Below, piece after piece: positions 13,101 to 26,400 of a stretch of 60,000 nt of DNA. Each line of letters begins with the position of its first letter. The stretch's first letter is position 1. Source of the DNA: Malacoraja senta (lineage: Eukaryota); NCBI GenBank assembly GCA_038087875.1, contig CM075998.1:374001-434000 (forward strand). The letters run 5' to 3'. The position numbers and the translations under genes are program-made. Under the pieces are notes generated by a model. That model ran no database searches and had not been told where the DNA came from. It was given only the letters and a program-made list of their open reading frames with translations.

Positions 13101-16100
13101 TGCCAGAGTTCAAGCAGGAGGAGAGCATAAACCAGCAGAAGAGCACACGGGACGATCATAGAAGGGTGAGCTTACTTCTGTTTGGAGTTCAAAGCAGTTG
13201 GCCAAGCACAGGGAATGTTTATAGAGTACCTTCATGACAGTGTGAATGGATTTAAGGACTCTCCTGGAAGTAAAGGGCCTGTCCCACTTACATGTCCTTG
13301 GCACGCAAATTATGCGACCTCGTGGTCGCGTTAAGGCGTATGGGCATCGTATGGCCACGCGGGGCCGGTCCCACTTAGAAGCGCGGAGGGGTATGTAGTT
13401 GTGCGCGACATCGCGCGGGGCTACGAAATTTTTGTAGCGAACGAAATCTTCGCGCGACAACTGACGGCCAAAGTGGGACAGGCCCAAGACCCTGGCGCGA
13501 CGCAACGTCTCACCTCCAACAGCAGCAGAAGCAGGCAAATGGTCGCCGAACTCGGCCTGGGGCTCACGGCCATTGCGGATCCGGATCCGCCCCCACTTCT
13601 ACTCCCAGAGCGGGGCCAAGAAAATTGAAGATGGACACAAAATGCAGGTAACTCAGTGGGACCGGCAGCATCTCTGGAGAGAAGCAATGGGTGACGTTTC
13701 GGGTCAAGACCCTTCTTTTCAGACTGAAGAAGCGTCTCGACACGAAACGTCACCCATTGCTTCTCTGCAGAGATGCTGCCGGTCCCGCTGAGTTACTCCA
13801 GCTTTGTGTCCATCTTCAAATGACGTCACGCACTCCAGACGGCTGTGCGTACGCATGAAATCGCGCGGGACCGTCGCGGCTCAACACGACCACGAGGTCG
13901 CGTAATTTGCGTGCCAGGGACACGTAAGTGGGACAGGCCCTTAACTTCCTTTGCCAATCATCAAGGTAGTTGTTCCCATTTTGAAGTGGCTCCACCCAAT
14001 GTCAGAAATGTTTTGGTTCGCTGGGTGTGTCCGAGGAAGCATGTACATCCATTGAAGTGTTTAGGTAGCTAAATGCCATGCTACAGAAATCTGTAATAGT
14101 AGAATTTTCATTTGTCTGATATCTTCCTAGGGGCGTGCACCACTTGCTCCTTGCCCAAAGCACAGTTTGAATGTTGGATGACAAGATTACTAAATGTTGC
14201 CAGCATTTTTTTAAATGATTTAATACAATGTGAGCAACAACAGTATTTATTGTCTGTCCTTAATTAGCTCAAGGTGGAGTTGAGTTGAGTTACCCCCTTG
14301 AGCCGCTGTGGTTTTGAGGTCAGGTTACTCCCACAATGATGTTGAGGAGATAGCTCCAGGATTTTAATCAAATAGCAATGAAGAAGCAGCAATCTATTTT
14401 GTAGTCAGAAAGGCATGCGATCCAGAGGTAACGTGCACGGGATACTGATCGCCTGCATCTGTTGCCGTTGTTTCCCAAATCGGAGGTCTTGCCAAAGAAG
14501 CGTTGGCAAGTCGGAGAAGAGGATCTTGCAGATGGTCCTAGGCAGAAGACTGCAGCAGTAGTGGAGGGAGTTGTTTATGGCAGAGGTTGGAGCCAGTCTT
14601 GTGGGCCATGTTGTCCTGGATGACTTGGACGTTGGCATTGAGCTGATCCAGATGAATGGAGAGTATTCCATCGTATTCCAGCTGTGTCTTGTAGCTGCTG
14701 GACTCAGGATTTGAGTCGGATTTTGCAGTGTGACCAGCTTCCCGCTTGCTTTTGTCACTGCATCATTCTGCTGATGACTGTCAAGACGAGTTGGTGAGAT
14801 AGTCTCATTTATTGAAGAATGAGTGACCCAGATGTTACTGCCACTGCCAAGGCTGAATGTTGCTTGGGTCTATCTTCACACGGGCAAGGGCTTTCTCCCT
14901 ATCCAAGGTGTTGCAAATCCTACTGTGCATTCTACAATCGTCAGGAAATGTCTCCACTTCTGACCTTGGAAGGAAGGTCATTGAAGAAATTATTTGAATT
15001 TGGTTGGGCCAAACTACGCTGCTCGGAGGAATTCTTGGGGGCTGTGAAGATTAACATCAATGACCACAACCATCTCCCTTGGTGCACGGTTTGACTCCAG
15101 CAAGTAAGAGAATTCCCACTCATTCTTATTAAGGCGCCCTGATAAAAATGGAAGTGAATGTCTTGTGTTGTACTGATGTCAGGGGCAGCCACTTGCTTCT
15201 CACTGTCCTCTTGGAATTCAGCTCTCTTCATGTTCAAGGGCTGAAAAGGCGTGGACTTGTAAAAACTCAGAATAAGCATGAATGAGAAGTTTCTGCTGTT
15301 TGAGGACATTTTCCATCTTTCCACTTATTTAGATTAAACCACTGATGTGGTAATTAGCCAAGGTGAAGTTGTCCTGCTTTGTATCCTGTGTCACTGGATC
15401 AATGATCAAGGCTATGGATCAACACCCAGCTGGAGTATTATGGATCTGCAGGGCTTGGGTGTTGTACAAAGTCTGTTACACATGGTTCACCTGTTCCATT
15501 CTTCCATTATCTGACGTGTTATGTTGGAGTTTGATCCAATTTAACCCATTGAAACTGTGCGCCCTTTATCTTTTCACTATCATGTGCTTACCTCCAGTAA
15601 GGCAGCCTTTATTGTGCAACAGGCCTTAAATTCAGTGGGCATATCCATGACCAACTGCGTATCCATCTTGTGTTCAGAGGTACTGTATTAAAATGTCCTA
15701 GAATTTGCAAAAATGTCATCTGAAGCCTTCTAAAATTGTCACATATCAGATGTCTGTTTTCTGGAAATGCTACGATTTAACTCAATAGAAATGCCTTCAG
15801 AAATGGGAACAAAAATGACATTAAATAACTTTATCTGCTACAAGATCCACAGTGTGACTCGCAATAAGCCTCACTTTTTTATGAAACGGCATGCTGGATG
15901 TATAGTCAGATATAAGTTAACCGAGAACATTCAGCTATTCCTTCTAACATTGGCTTTAGTGTAGTTTAGTTTATTACTGATGATGGTATGAGGTACAGTG
16001 GAAAGATTACAATCAAGCTGTCCACAGTATACAGGATAAAGGATTTAGTGCAAGGTAAAGTCCAATTGAAGATAGTTTGAAGGTCTCCAATGAGGTAGAT

Positions 16101-17402
16101 GGCTTCAGCTGTTGGATTGAAGCTGAATGCCTCAGGTTCAGGATTATTTGGCAGAACTGTGGACCAAATTTGTTGCATTACTCTGCTTGAAAGGAGCTGT
16201 GCACATCTTTGCAAATGGATTACAACGGACTTCCACTGAAGATGAAACATCCCGAAACTATGACCAAGATACCAGTTAGAGACTTGGCTCCATTGACAGC
16301 TCACTCTTCTGACTCTGAAGGTTCTTGTACAAGGAGTCGAGTTCACAATCGTGGCTGGTAACTGGACTGGGAGGGGATGCTGCTAATTATTCTTCAGATG
16401 AAAGTTTAAGGCTCTTTTCTATTTGTGGTTATGAGCAGAGAGTTCTTCTGGTGTCCTGGGTCAACCTTCTTTCACCAAGCAGATTAATGAGTCATTCTAG
16501 AAATGAATCCCGCTCTGCGCAAAATTGCTGCTGCATTTGCATTAATAACAATAACTGCACTTCAAAGCAATATATTAAATGTGAAGCATCTCGAATTTTT
16601 GAAAGACATTAAGCACCAATAAAGCATGTAAGTATTTGCTTTTCCTCGGTGCCAACTTCAATAAATAGTCAAAACTTCTCCGGAACCTGATCTGCCAAAA
16701 GGTTTTTTATGTCTTTGGAAAGTCATGAGGCCAATTTTGCCAGGCCTACAGCTAGTTACTTTGTTTTGAAGAGGAATAGCATGCGGTAATAGTGTTGGAG
16801 GTATCGTTTTTAAAAATCGATGTGATGCTTTTGCCAATAAATTGAGAAGTTACAGGGCTTGAATTAACGATTTACACCCTCAAAAACATTTGAGAAAGAG
16901 AAGTCATGTGTTGAATGGAGGAAATGATTTTGAGAGCTGTTCTGTGATCACAAAGTAAGTATTCCTTTGTGAAGTTTATACCAACACAAGTTTTGTTAGG
17001 TGTCTTCATGGAAAAACTTTCAGTGCTGGCTGCCTTTTCACCCATGCCAGTCACTATTTGGCAGACTGCTGCATTTTAGTCCGTCGTGGCTGTAAATCCA
17101 CAACAAGCGCAAATGAACGCTGCAGCATTGGTGCTTGGTTGATCTGTGAAGTGACTTTGGATCTGCCCACCCTTGTTGGGCACCTGTCTTTACATGGATG
17201 TGCAGTCTAGCATTGCACAGGTAACACGCCACCTCTGCTCACTCTATCTTTGATCTAATATTGATTTTGTTTTTTAAACTGCATCTTTCATCTTTAATAA
17301 TGTAACAGTTGTTCTTGAAAGATGTTTATCTTTTTTCCTTCTTTAAATATAATGGCTTCCTTAAAATCCACCAGTCAAAAACCAGCTTTCTAATGTAAAA
17401 AA

Positions 17403-17482
<80 letters not shown>

Positions 17483-20400
17483 CCCCTCCATCTTATTACC
17501 ATTTTCTTTAAATTGCAGCTCAATTCGCAAGAAGAAATTAAAACACTGATTTTAAACTTGCTAAACAACCTCTGTAATTGCAACACAGTGTACAGCAAGC
17601 ATTAACTTGCTTTTATACAGCACCAAATGCAACAAAATGTGCCAAAGCGGTAACGGAAGAATCAGCAAGCGCTAAGCTGGATTCAGGAATAGAATTGGGG
17701 AAGTCCGAGTGAAATGGAGATGTTTTGATTTTGTAGATTGAGATTATAGTGAAATGGAGGGGGTGAGGGAGATAATTGCAGGATGCAGTATGTAATGTCT
17801 TAAGAGTCTGCTCATGGAAGGATATGGAGGACTACAGGTAAAAGGATCAAAAGTGTCAGAGGGACATAATATTGCAGTTTTATTTATTCGATTTTAGAGA
17901 GGTTGACATTACCAGGTTTTATTACTTAACGCTAATTCCCTTGAGAAGATAGAAAAAGGTACCAATTTAGATTTCCTTCTGGTGAAAATTCTCCCTCCCC
18001 TCCCCTGCCCTGTCCATCATCACCTGCCCCACCTGTGGGTATTGTCAGAGGATACCGTGTAGGACTTGTGGATCCACAGAACCAGTGGGGAAACAAGTCA
18101 TCCTCGGCCCCAAGAGAAGTCAAAGAAGGTGCTCCCACTATGTATTGGAGGAAGGCAAAAATGAGGGAACAGTGAGACATTTCCAAGTCGGGATAATGTG
18201 ATGTAGTTTAGTTCAGAGATACAGTGCAGAAACAGGCCCTTCGGCCTACCGAGTCCGTGCCGACCAGCAATCGCCCGTTCACACACTAGTTTAGTTTGGA
18301 AATACAGCGGGGAAACAGGCCCTTCGGCCCACCGAGTCCGTGCTAGCCGACCAGCGATCCCCGCACATTAACACTATTCTACACACACTAGGGACAATTT
18401 ATACACACCAAGCCAATTAACCTACAAATCTCTACGTCTTTGGAGTGTTGGAGAAAACCCACGCAGGTCACGGGCAGAACATACAAACTCCGTACAGACA
18501 GCACCCGTAGTCAGGATCGAAAGCAGGCCTCTGGCGCTGTGAGGCAGCAACTCTACCGCTGTGCCACCATGCCGCCCTGTAATGGAGGAACCTGCTGGGA
18601 ATGGCATTCCCAAGCATTTGCTGCCGTTGCCCTTTTTCGTAGAGGTTGCAACCTGGAAGGTTCTGTCTAGTAGAATAGCTTAAGAGAATAACTATAGGGC
18701 ATTTTGTCAATGGCACACGTTGTCTCCACAGTGTACCCAGGTGGACAAGTGGCTGTTTGCAAAGGTAGGAAGAGTTGAGTCTGTGGGAAGTGTCCTTAAG
18801 GATGAGCTTTTTGAAATGTGTAAGGATCTCTCAGAAGCAAGGATAATATGTGGGTGTGATTTCGCACTGCATCTTATCCTGGACTGAATGTTTGGGAGAA
18901 TAAATTTGGATACTGTCGAGGAAGAGGATGCAACTTACTTTCATAAATGTTTTGAGGATGAAATTTGGATCGAGAAATTGCTCAGTGAAGAATCCAACAA
19001 GGGCTTTTCAGTTTAGCTACGTTTCAAATGGGGGACTGGCATTTCAAAACATCAGTGAAGTGGTTAGAAAGAAGACCAAAGGATCAGATCATAAAGTAAT
19101 TGGCGAATATTACAACTAAAAAGCAATTAATGATTGTAGATTGACCGAGAGGGTGGTGTACTTTATTACAATGGAGACTCAGAGTTAATTGTGACTCATT
19201 GTAAATAATTTAGTAGCCAAGTATGGAAAAACACACAACTAATTTGATTTGTCATACCAAAAAAGCAACAAGACACACAACTACATAAATGGCCTTGATT
19301 TCCCAGTCAGTGGCAAGAGGGCAGCATTTGTGGCTGTATAAATATCTGTGGTCCAAATTTCCTTTTTCCTGACATCATTTGCCGCAAGGCATCTTTTACT
19401 GGGGATCTGAGCAATGTAACAACACCGATGTCATGTCTACATGGTGAAACCAAAATGTATTAACACGGCCTTTATTAAAATCTGACAATGTGCACTTTAA
19501 CCACATGTTTTTTTTTTCTATTACAAATCTCAAATTGTGGAGTACAGAGGCAAATAAATAAATGATGGGTCTTTGTCCCAAACATTATGGAGGGCACTGT
19601 ATAGATTAAGGTACAAGCAGAAATGACCTAAAATAAAAATACATTTTAATTCCTATAGTTACAAAATCCATGGGATTTTAAAATAATTATTTTGAGAGAA
19701 ATGGATTCTGTACACACAGAATGAGTCCTTCAGGGCCAGAGAGGATATTCAGTAGTGATTGCAGCACCCCCCAACTGCGCTTTGGGGGAACAGACCCAGA
19801 GGCTCTGCACTTGGTCTAGTATGTATTAAAAACTTGGTTACACCTCAATCAACAAGGCTCAATATTCTTATTAGTATTACTCTGAGAGCAGTGCATGGCA
19901 AGTTGAGGTTTACCAGCTGCATTCTTAGTTTAGGTGAGGACTGCAGGAAGGGATTATTAGATTTCTGTCTTGAACTGAGTGTGCTTGGGCATCAGACATT
20001 TAGAGCAACGCTGACTTGGCAGTATTTTGGATTCCCAAAACTGAAGTCTGAGGTTATAATTCAATATTCCTTCCTTACAATGATACAAACATTTTTACAA
20101 AATTGTACAGAAAATTAATAGAAATGTTTATAAACTTTCACAGGTGGAAGACACTGGGGATTAAACGAGGGACAAATTATTTAGTCAGCTAGGCTTACTG
20201 TAAAGGGGGAGCCACACAGACTGAGTAGAGTTTGTATATAGAAGGAAATCTCAAACTAATTTGTAGCATCATCGACTGTGCTCCCCAATGATCATACCCA
20301 TGACTTGGTCTGCTTTGCACTTCTCCAACAAAGTCATAATGCCTGGTGTGTAAGCACCACCCACCTGAAGACGTATTGCATTTACTAAACTGTACTTGTG

Positions 20401-23400
20401 ACGCTCTGATCTATGCACAAATAGGTAAACTGGTCTCTCCTGAGCTGCTGATGGGATTAAGTACAAAGTGTATTGGGGCAAGTGGATATTGAATTGTGTT
20501 GCTACCTTGGAACCAGTCAGCAGGGTAAACCTGCTTTAAGGCTAACAATGCATCTTTTGGGTTTTTGAATGGCTTTTTAACAGAAGAGAAATTACAGCAT
20601 CTTGGAAGCGGTGAGATCTCTGGAGCAGGTCCAGGGCCTGGTGCTGAATATGATTCTCAACTGGAAGCGACGACTTCAGCTGTCAGGAAATGGTGCCTAC
20701 TTTGAGGACAACCTGGGGTCACTTCAGGAATGGTGAGGAATGAGATTCAGTCCATTTGCCGTGCAGTCATTTACCATTAAATTGGCACGTAGGCGCTAAA
20801 CTTCAGATTGGGAGTGTTTATATTCCTGGCCTAGTAAGCCAGAAGCCTGAATCAGTTATCCAGAGCCATGAGTTTAAATTCCACCATTACTTCTGCGCAA
20901 TTTAAACTTAGTTTGTTAAATAAAGATCTGAAATTAAAACCTAATATATCAATTATTATAATCTTGTAACCACCTATCCAGTGATATGCAGCATATATAA
21001 ACTAATCACTTTTCTGTTGAATGATGGGTTAGTTATTCATTTTATATTTTGTGGGGGGAAAAAAGTTCGCTGAAGATGTCACTTTGATTGCGAAACAGGT
21101 AGAAAGGTTAACACCCAAAATTACATGTCAATGCTCATGGAATATCTTGCATTATTGATTTTTTGATGTTTTAGATTGCAAGCATTTAACTGCATTGCAA
21201 TTCACTTTTAAAATAAGAAATTGAATGTGGGGCAGTCTTGCACATAGCATTTGGTTCTGATCCACTGATTTCTTTCAGACTCCCCACCTTTGAGCTGGTC
21301 AACATCAGTGTTGTTGTCCCCTTCAATTAGCTTCCTTTAGTCATTTTGTTCCTCCGACCTCTTGATCGTGACATTTGCCGCTCTGCTGCCTTCCCTCGTA
21401 CATTACCAGTCAGAGCTTGAGCAATCGGCTTGAAACAAGGAAGAATTGCTCTACTTTAGGGTGGGCCAGCATGGAATATAGGCAATACGGCACAGTAATA
21501 GGATAGATTGTTCTAAACACCATTCACTAAATGAGAACCAGAGAAAGGAAAATAGCAAATGAACGCTGGAGTTGTGATATTGTGGTCAGGCAGGTGATGT
21601 ACTGATGCTACATGCAGGCAACGTTGTGAAGTGGGACACTGGTAATGGAGGCTCCAAATGAGACTGAGCCAGGAGCATTTCTTCAAGATCTGATTTGCTG
21701 GGCACATTGGTATATTTAGACAATTGTATTTTCCGTTTGTTACTGTGGTTTGTGAATTTACAAGCACTAGGTCACCTAGGAATCCAAAGTGCGAGAAGCC
21801 TACCTGATTTTTTTTTTTTCCCCTGCCCAAGGAGACTGAAATCAATTTTAATGCACTAACCATTGCCTTGGCTGTAATGAGCTACAGTCAATGGTATACC
21901 ACTTCAACAAATTAATCCAGGAGCTAGAGGCATACACGTTTTCAAATGGTTTAACATTTAAGTACAGAAGAGGAGTTGGATGAACTGGGCTGATCAGTTG
22001 AGATCAGCTGAAAGGTGGGGCAGGCTTGAGTATCTGCCTTCGACTAGTAGGAAAAAAACTGCAGATGCTGGTTTATACACGAAAGGACACAGAGTGCTGG
22101 AGTAACTCAGCAGGTCAGCCAGCATCTCTGGAGAACGTGGAGAGGTGACGTTTTGGATCAGGTCCCTTCTTCTGCAGCCAGTCTAAAGAATGGTGGCAAC
22201 TCAAAACATCNNNNNNNNNNNNNNNNNNNNNNNNNNNNNNNNNNNNNNNNNNNNNNNNNNNNNNNNNNNNNNNNNNNNNNNNNNNNNNNNNNNNNNNNNN
22301 NNNNNNNNNNNNNNNNNNNNNNNNNNNNNNNNNNNNNNNNNNNNNNNNNNNNNNNNNNNNNNNNNNNNNNNNNNNNNNNNNNNNNNNNNNNNNNNNNNNN
22401 NNNNNNNNNNGCCACATACCTACTTGGGGGTATTAGGGCCCTTAGTGTGTTGTTCCTACCTCCAATCATTTTAGGTCCTGTTCTTTAAATTGCTCTCGTT
22501 GCTGGCACTTCACTCCGGTGTCAAGATGCCAGTTAATTACAGTTGACCTGTTGACATTTTTTTCTTGGTATTGTTGATTCTCAGTCAGTGGATATTGCTG
22601 GGAAGGCCAGCCTTCTTGCCTCTCCTTAATTTCCCTTAAGAGCCACACCTTGAACCATGGCATTCCTTCTAGTGTAGGTACACCCACAATACAATCGCAG
22701 TGAGTTACAGTATACAATAAGGAGACTTGCGCAGAAAGTTTTACAATGTCACCATCCATTGTAATTGCAGCTTGGGTCTTATAGTGAATAGTCTGAGCGT
22801 TCCAGAGTTCTGGTTGACCAAATTCTCGGTGTGTTCTTTTGAATTTGGGTTAAGTGTCGATGTTAAAGTCTGCTCTTATTCCAGGTGTGATAAACTTGCG
22901 GAAATGAACTGTCAGATTCAGAAAGAACTTACGCTGATTAGCACACAGGAAGATGTTGCTATTGACCAGATATCAGGAGTGCCCGAGAAGCTCTCCTCCT
23001 TACTCAGTAACTTGGTTAGAAGGTAACTCCTTTTATTACCACTTGATTATACTAGCAAACGGAGGTTGCCAACCAAATACACTCGTATCCAAAATCAATC
23101 TCAAGCTGCAAGCGCAAACAACATGATTTTCTGAACGTGTTCTGGTGTAATGTACGCCCGTACGTGTGGCATAAGATTTATGATCAACTTAATTCCGAGA
23201 TAATGCACCCAAAACTATGCTCTGCCACAGCTAATCCCTCTACACCACTCCCGCTGCAATCCGGCAAGTGCACACAGCAGCCACCGAGTTCTCTTGCGCA
23301 AATCACAACTTATTTAAAACATACAAGTTACCTCCACTGAGAACGTGTGAATCGAGGAGTGAAGCAGAATTTTGCCTCGTGGGTTTGAATGTTAAATTCA

Positions 23401-26400
23401 CCAGGTTTGAATGTCATGAGAAAGTAGCAAGGTTTGAAACTGTCGCCGCTAAATTGCTTCTGCCGGTTAGTCTACACGTGTATCTGTTTGTATCTCTTGT
23501 GTGCATTGGTAACATTTGATGAGGCAAAAATAATAAGTAATAAAGATATAGCTTGCCATTTCTGATCCATACTAATGTTAGTAGAAGTTGCTATATTTTC
23601 CAGGATGAATGCTTTGGCACCTACATGCAACAAAGGCAGAAAGGAGGGGGGGGGGCGTGGGGGGTGGTTCACTTCCTTCCACTCTCCTCTGCTCCTGATT
23701 TTGGCACCAAGTTGGGGAAAATGTAACTCCCCCATAGAGACCGAAGAGAAAATTGATCCTGCTTAGCTGCGGTTAGACATTACCTAAAGCCAGGGTGTGC
23801 GAATTAGTTGAGGCAAAGAAATTATGAATATGATTCCTAAAGATGGTTTGAAAAAAAGCTGTCAAAACCACTAGTTAACAGACATTTTGTTCCATGTTTC
23901 TACAGTGCATTCCTTGTGGAAAAACAGCCCCCACAGGTGCTAAAGACCCAAAGCAAGTTCTCATCAACTGTTTCGATTTCTGTTTGGAGTGATGCTGAAT
24001 ACCCAAACAAAACCTGCCATGGTGAAAGCCTTAATCATTACAGAGCAACAGGCCAGAGTTATGAGACAGCATGGGAATCTACAGAGGTAAGAAAAAATCC
24101 TACAGTGCAGGGCTGGAAAAATCGTTTGCACATTCGCATCCTAGAGTTTTCAATTCCCCATGACTCTCTTGAACTTCCTGTAGTGGTGGAAACCCCATGG
24201 GATCTCAACTCTCCTATTCTCACCTCATGTTTAAGAAAATGCTGAAAAAATCGAAGGTAGACAAAAATGCAGGAGAAACTCAGCGGGTGAGGCAGCGTCT
24301 ATGGAGCGAAGGGAATAGGCGACGTTTCAGGTCGAGATCCTTCCTCAGACTGTCTGAAGAAGTGTCTCGACCCAAAACGTCACCTTTTCCTTCGCTCCAT
24401 AGATGCTGCCTCACCCGCTGAGTTTCTCTTGCATTTTTGTCTACCTTCTCACCTCATGATCATTTGCAGATTTAATTGGCTTATTGTTGGAGGTGCTACA
24501 ACACCTGAAGTTCTAGATTTCTGTAAAAGATGCTTATTAAAAACCTCCCTTTATGATCACCGGTTGTATCTTCCTTTGTAGCCGAGTCATGCAGCATAGA
24601 AACAGGCCGTTCGGCCCAACTAAATCATGCTGACCAAGATGCCCTATCTAATCTGTTTTGCCCACGTTTCGCCCATATCACTGAACCTTTCCTGTCCATG
24701 TACTTGACTAAGTGTGTACCGGCCTCAAATACTTCTTCTAGTAGCTCATTCCATATATGTACCACCCTCACAGAGGGAGGGGGAAAATTACCCTTCCAGT
24801 TCCTAGTAAATCTTGCCCCTCTCTCTAAACCTATGCCCCTTAGTTCTCGTTTAACCTTCTGTGGGGGGAAAAGACTATATGCACGTGATAGACTAAATGG
24901 ACGCATTTTACGTGGTGAGAAAATACAAAAGCTTGGTATAATTGGGGATTATAATAGAGCAGCACATCTTGAAGTAAAGTACTCCCACGCAAAACTAAGA
25001 CAGACGCAAACATTTCCGAAATGGCACATCTGTTTTCAGGTTTCTCAAATGTAATCAGAATAATGGCTGAATAAAAGTGAAATATAAGAATGGATTAGAT
25101 TGTTGATTCAAACCCGTTCCGCAGATGCCAGCTATCCCTGCACCATCTCACCCAAGAGAGCATTAATACTATTCAGGTGTGAACCAAAAAATAGAGATTG
25201 CTGGCAGGTAGTTGATGTTACAGTGCGACACTTTGTCTACCTATCAGCCCATACCTAATCCCAAATAGGTTTTGCACAGACCAGTCCAAGAACCATTCAT
25301 GCAGGTTTTATTGATTGAGTAGATTACTACTCGTTGTGCTTTGTGGTATTTTAAAGTTGTCTCCTATGGGGAAAATCTGGATTTAATAGCTTTAATTAAG
25401 GTATGAATGAGAAGAAATTGAAATAGTTTGTCATAAACCTGAAATCATCGTATCTTTTGCTCCAGTGAAAACACAGGCGAGATCACGAACAGTAACAGTT
25501 TATTGGAATTTAGTAATGCTACAAAAACCACCAGTGCCAGCTTCAGGAATATGGTAGGTATTAACGTTAAAAGACAAATATTGTAATCCTGAAGAGAGCT
25601 GAATGCTTATGTATGCGTGGAAGCCCCTGCTGCTCAATTAAACTCTCCTCAATGACTACTGTGGCTACAATTATGTGTAATGTGGTACTTATGTTATTTG
25701 AATAGTAATTCAGGAGCCTAGAATAGTAATACAGAGAATACAAGTTCTAACTGTCGTTTGAGAATTCACATTAAGTGGAATTAAATGGTAAAAGTAATCA
25801 GAGGATGTTAGATTGGTATAAAAACCAAAATGGTTTACAAGTGTCCTTCCTTGAAGAAAGGAAACCTGCTAGAATTTAAAAAAAAAAATTTTAATAGAGA
25901 ATATACATCTTTTTGCCTTCCATCACAGTGAGGAATGTGAAGGAGTCACTGTGGTGGATGCTTATGTTAAAATGTATTTGTGTGTGCTGTTGCTTTTCAT
26001 TTGTATGACTGACTTGGCAAATGAAATTCCTCGTATGTTGCAAAACATACTTGGCTAATAAAGTATGATTGTGATTGTGAGGATGTGATATCCTTGAGGC
26101 AAAAGTCAAATGTCTGTTACCATTGTAAATCTCCTCAGCTTTGAAGTTCTAAAATGATTGTGCTATCTTTGTTTATCTTTCTAGTCACGAAGGTGCTTTG
26201 CTATTTGACAGTTTCTTGATTGAAAGCATAGACTTAACTCTTTTGTTTCTCCCACAAATTCAAGTCCTTAAAGAAAATAAAGCGCTCGGACCGCAGAGGA
26301 ACCGAGTCGGTGACTGAAGAAAAGTTTGCCGTCCTGTTTTCTTCAGAGCTCTGCATCACAGGCAGTGAAATTAAATTCCATGTTCAGGTATCTGAACCTT

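Noticed and set aside
22115..22488. ORFs spanning the N run
   Set aside because: Artefacts of the assembly gap
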